NCBI GenBank assembly: GCA_963758635.1
Contig: CAVWWD010000002.1
Span: 1-64,000, forward strand
Source: an uncultured Candidatus Rokubacteria bacterium
GTDB lineage: Bacteria; Methylomirabilota; Methylomirabilia; Rokubacteriales; CSP1-6
Reading direction: 5' to 3'
DNA length: 64,000 nucleotides
The position numbers and the translations under genes were made by a program. Positions 62,123 to 64,000 of the stretch are shown one piece after another. The notes beneath the pieces are model-generated. The model saw only the letters and a program-made list of their open reading frames with translations. It was not told the origin of the DNA and did no database searches. The first letter of the stretch is position 1. Each line of letters opens with the position of its first letter.

Positions 62123-63312
62123 AGCCGATCTACGCCGACTACGCCTCCACCACTCCGGTCCACCCCCTCGTCCTCCAGGCCATGGAGCCCTACCTGCGCG
62201 AGCACTTCGGCAACCCCTCGAGCCCGTACCGTCCCGGCCGGAGCGCCGCCGACGCGATCGACCGCGCCCGCGCGACGGTGGCGCGCATCCTCGGCTGCCA
62301 CGACGACGAGGTCGTGTTCACCGGCGGGGGCACCGAGAGCGACAATCTGGCCGTGAAGGGCATCGCGCTGGCCGCCGGCGCGCGCAAGCGACACATCGTC
62401 ACGACGGCCATCGAGCACAGCGCTGTGCTCGAGGCCGTTCACGCGCTGCAGGAGCATCTCGGCGTCGACGTCACCTACGTTCCCGTCGACCCCGACGGGC
62501 TCGTCGATCCGGCCGTGGTCGCCGGCGCCATCCGCCCGGAGACGTGCCTGGTCAGCGTGATGCTCGCCAACAACGAGATCGGCACGATCCAGCCGGTCGC
62601 CGAGATCGGGCGACTGGCCGCGGAGCGCGGCGTCCCGGTGCACACGGACGCGGTGCAGGCCGCGGGACTCCTGGACCTGAACGTCGATCGGCTCGGGGTT
62701 CACGCGCTCGCGCTCTCCGCGCACAAGTTCTACGCGCCGAAGGGTGTGGGCGTGCTCTACGTCCGGCGGGGCACGGCGCTGGCGCCGCTCGTCCACGGCG
62801 GCAGCCAGGAGCGCCAGCGCCGCGCCGGAACGGAGAACGTCGCCGGCATCGTGGCCTGCGCCGCCGCGCTCGAGCTGGTCGAGCGGCACCGGGCGTCCAC
62901 CGCCGCGCGCCTGACGGCGCTGCGCGATCGGCTGATCGATGGCATCGAGGCCAGCGTCCCCGGGGCCCTGCTCAACGGCCATCGCCGGCGTCGCCTCCCC
63001 GGCAACGCGAGCTTCTGCTTCCCCGACGTGCAGGGCGAGAGCATCCTGCTCGAGCTCGAGGCGGACGACGTGTATGCGTCGAGCGGCTCGGCCTGTCATG
63101 CCGGCTCGCAGGATCCTTCGCACGTGCTGCTGGCCATCGGCCGCGAGCCGGAGCTGGCTCACACCGCGGTGCGGCTCACGCTGGGCGCGCCGACCACGGA
63201 GGAGGAGGTCGACCGGCTGCTGGAGCTGGTGCCACGGGGCGTGACCCGGCTACGCGAGCGGGGAGCCTCCGCCGCCCGGCCACGCGGCCGGCCTGCGCCG
63301 GCAAGGCCTTAG
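62119..63312 (+). CDS. nifS: Cysteine desulfurase (NifS/IscS family)
   Basis: [42 protein letters not shown]. Confidence 0.9.
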   Translation: MKPIYADYASTTPVHPLVLQAMEPYLREHFGNPSSPYRPGRSAADAIDRARATVARILGCHDDEVVFTGGGTESDNLAVKGIALAAGARKRHIVTTAIEHSAVLEAVHALQEHLGVDVTYVPVDPDGLVDPAVVAGAIRPETCLVSVMLANNEIGTIQPVAEIGRLAAERGVPVHTDAVQAAGLLDLNVDRLGVHALALSAHKFYAPKGVGVLYVRRGTALAPLVHGGSQERQRRAGTENVAGIVACAAALELVERHRASTAARLTALRDRLIDGIEASVPGALLNGHRRRRLPGNASFCFPDVQGESILLELEADDVYASSGSACHAGSQDPSHVLLAIGREPELAHTAVRLTLGAPTTEEEVDRLLELVPRGVTRLRERGASAARPRGRPAPARP

Positions 63313-64000
63313 CGAGGCTCCACGCCCTCGTCCAGGTCGGCGCCGCGCGCGGCGGGGCGCCGACGCCACTCGGCGAGACGCTCGACGGCCACGTAGAACG
63401 CCGGCACCAGCAGCACGCCCAGGAGCGTGATCGCCAGCATGCCGCCGACGACGGTGACGCCCATCGAGTGGCGGCTCGCCGCGCCGGCGCCCGTCGCGAA
63501 CATCAGCGGCAGCGAGCCGAGAATGAACGCGAACGACGTCATCAGGATCGGCCGGAAGCGCAGCCGGGCCGCCTCGCGCGCGGCCTCGCGGATGGCCATG
63601 CCGCCCTCGCGGCGGTCCTTGGCGAACTCCACGATCAGGATCGCGTTCTTGGCGGCGAGGCCGATCAGGAGCGCGAGCCCGACCTGGGCGAACAGGTCGT
63701 TGGCGGTGCCGCTGAGCCAGAGCGCCAGGAGAGCGCCGAGCACGCCGAGGGGCACCGCCAGCATCACCGCCAGCGGCACCAGCCAGCTCTCGTACTGCGC
63801 GGCCAGCACGAGGAAGACGAACAGCGCCGACAGCGCGAACACGATCCCGGCCCACGAGCCCGCCTCCTTCTCCTGGAACGCGAGTCCCGTCCACTCGTAG
63901 GACATCCCGGCCGGGAGATGCTGGCGCGCCAGCTCCTCCATGATCTGGATCGCCTGGCCCGAGCTGACGCCGGGCGCGGTGTCGCCGGCGATCTCCGCCG
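63309..64000 (-). CDS. HAE1/AcrB-type RND efflux permease, C-terminal part (5' end off-window)
   Basis: [37 protein letters not shown]. Confidence 0.93.
   Translation of the reverse strand, partial: AEIAGDTAPGVSSGQAIQIMEELARQHLPAGMSYEWTGLAFQEKEAGSWAGIVFALSALFVFLVLAAQYESWLVPLAVMLAVPLGVLGALLALWLSGTANDLFAQVGLALLIGLAAKNAILIVEFAKDRREGGMAIREAAREAARLRFRPILMTSFAFILGSLPLMFATGAGAASRHSMGVTVVGGMLAITLLGVLLVPAFYVAVERLAEWRRRPAARGADLDEGVEPR

Noticed and set aside
1..64000. CRISPR array, tRNA, rRNA, IS/transposase, phage genes, integron integrase
   Set aside because: No regularly spaced repeats, cloverleaf signatures or matching protein motifs were found by eye. Small ncRNAs cannot be excluded without an Rfam scan.

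Overview
High-GC (roughly 70%, by eye) bacterial window, densely coding. The gene families and style suggest Ca. Rokubacteria/Methylomirabilota (inference only). At least 14 genes carry single-base indels, mostly in homopolymers, so this looks like an unpolished long-read assembly, and gene models were reconstructed across frames. Contents in order: (1) an operon of two orphan solute-binding proteins plus a Cache/HAMP/GAF hybrid histidine kinase; (2) a low-GC islet with two attC-like sites and a ParE toxin-antitoxin cassette but no integrase (CALIN-like); (3) Uma2 nuclease, class III CoA-transferases, dehydrogenases and hydrolases; (4) a TM0106 nuclease-helicase next to an internally deleted HD gene; (5) a truncated vapBC; (6) an outer-membrane barrel/LolA-like/MMPL-cNMP export operon; (7) an orphan CoxL-like Mo-hydroxylase subunit; (8) a PaaK-like ligase + A + PCP NRPS-like gene coupled to a di-haem peroxidase; (9) a 4.5-kb block flanked by a 23-bp direct repeat that separates a TetR gene from a divergent 12.8-kb operon (hydrolases, Liv-type ABC transporter whose ATPase is fused to a Tm-1-like domain, TIM-barrel protein, flotillin, SRPBCC proteins, quinone reductase); (10) nrtR-nadA-nadC-nifS with an NrtR box and no nadB; (11) the 3' end of an RND pump. 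No rRNA, tRNA or CRISPR array was seen. The best candidates for uncharacterised systems are the Tm-1/TIM-barrel/flotillin/SRPBCC operon, the double-adenylation-PCP + di-haem peroxidase pair, and the cNMP-fused MMPL exporter.
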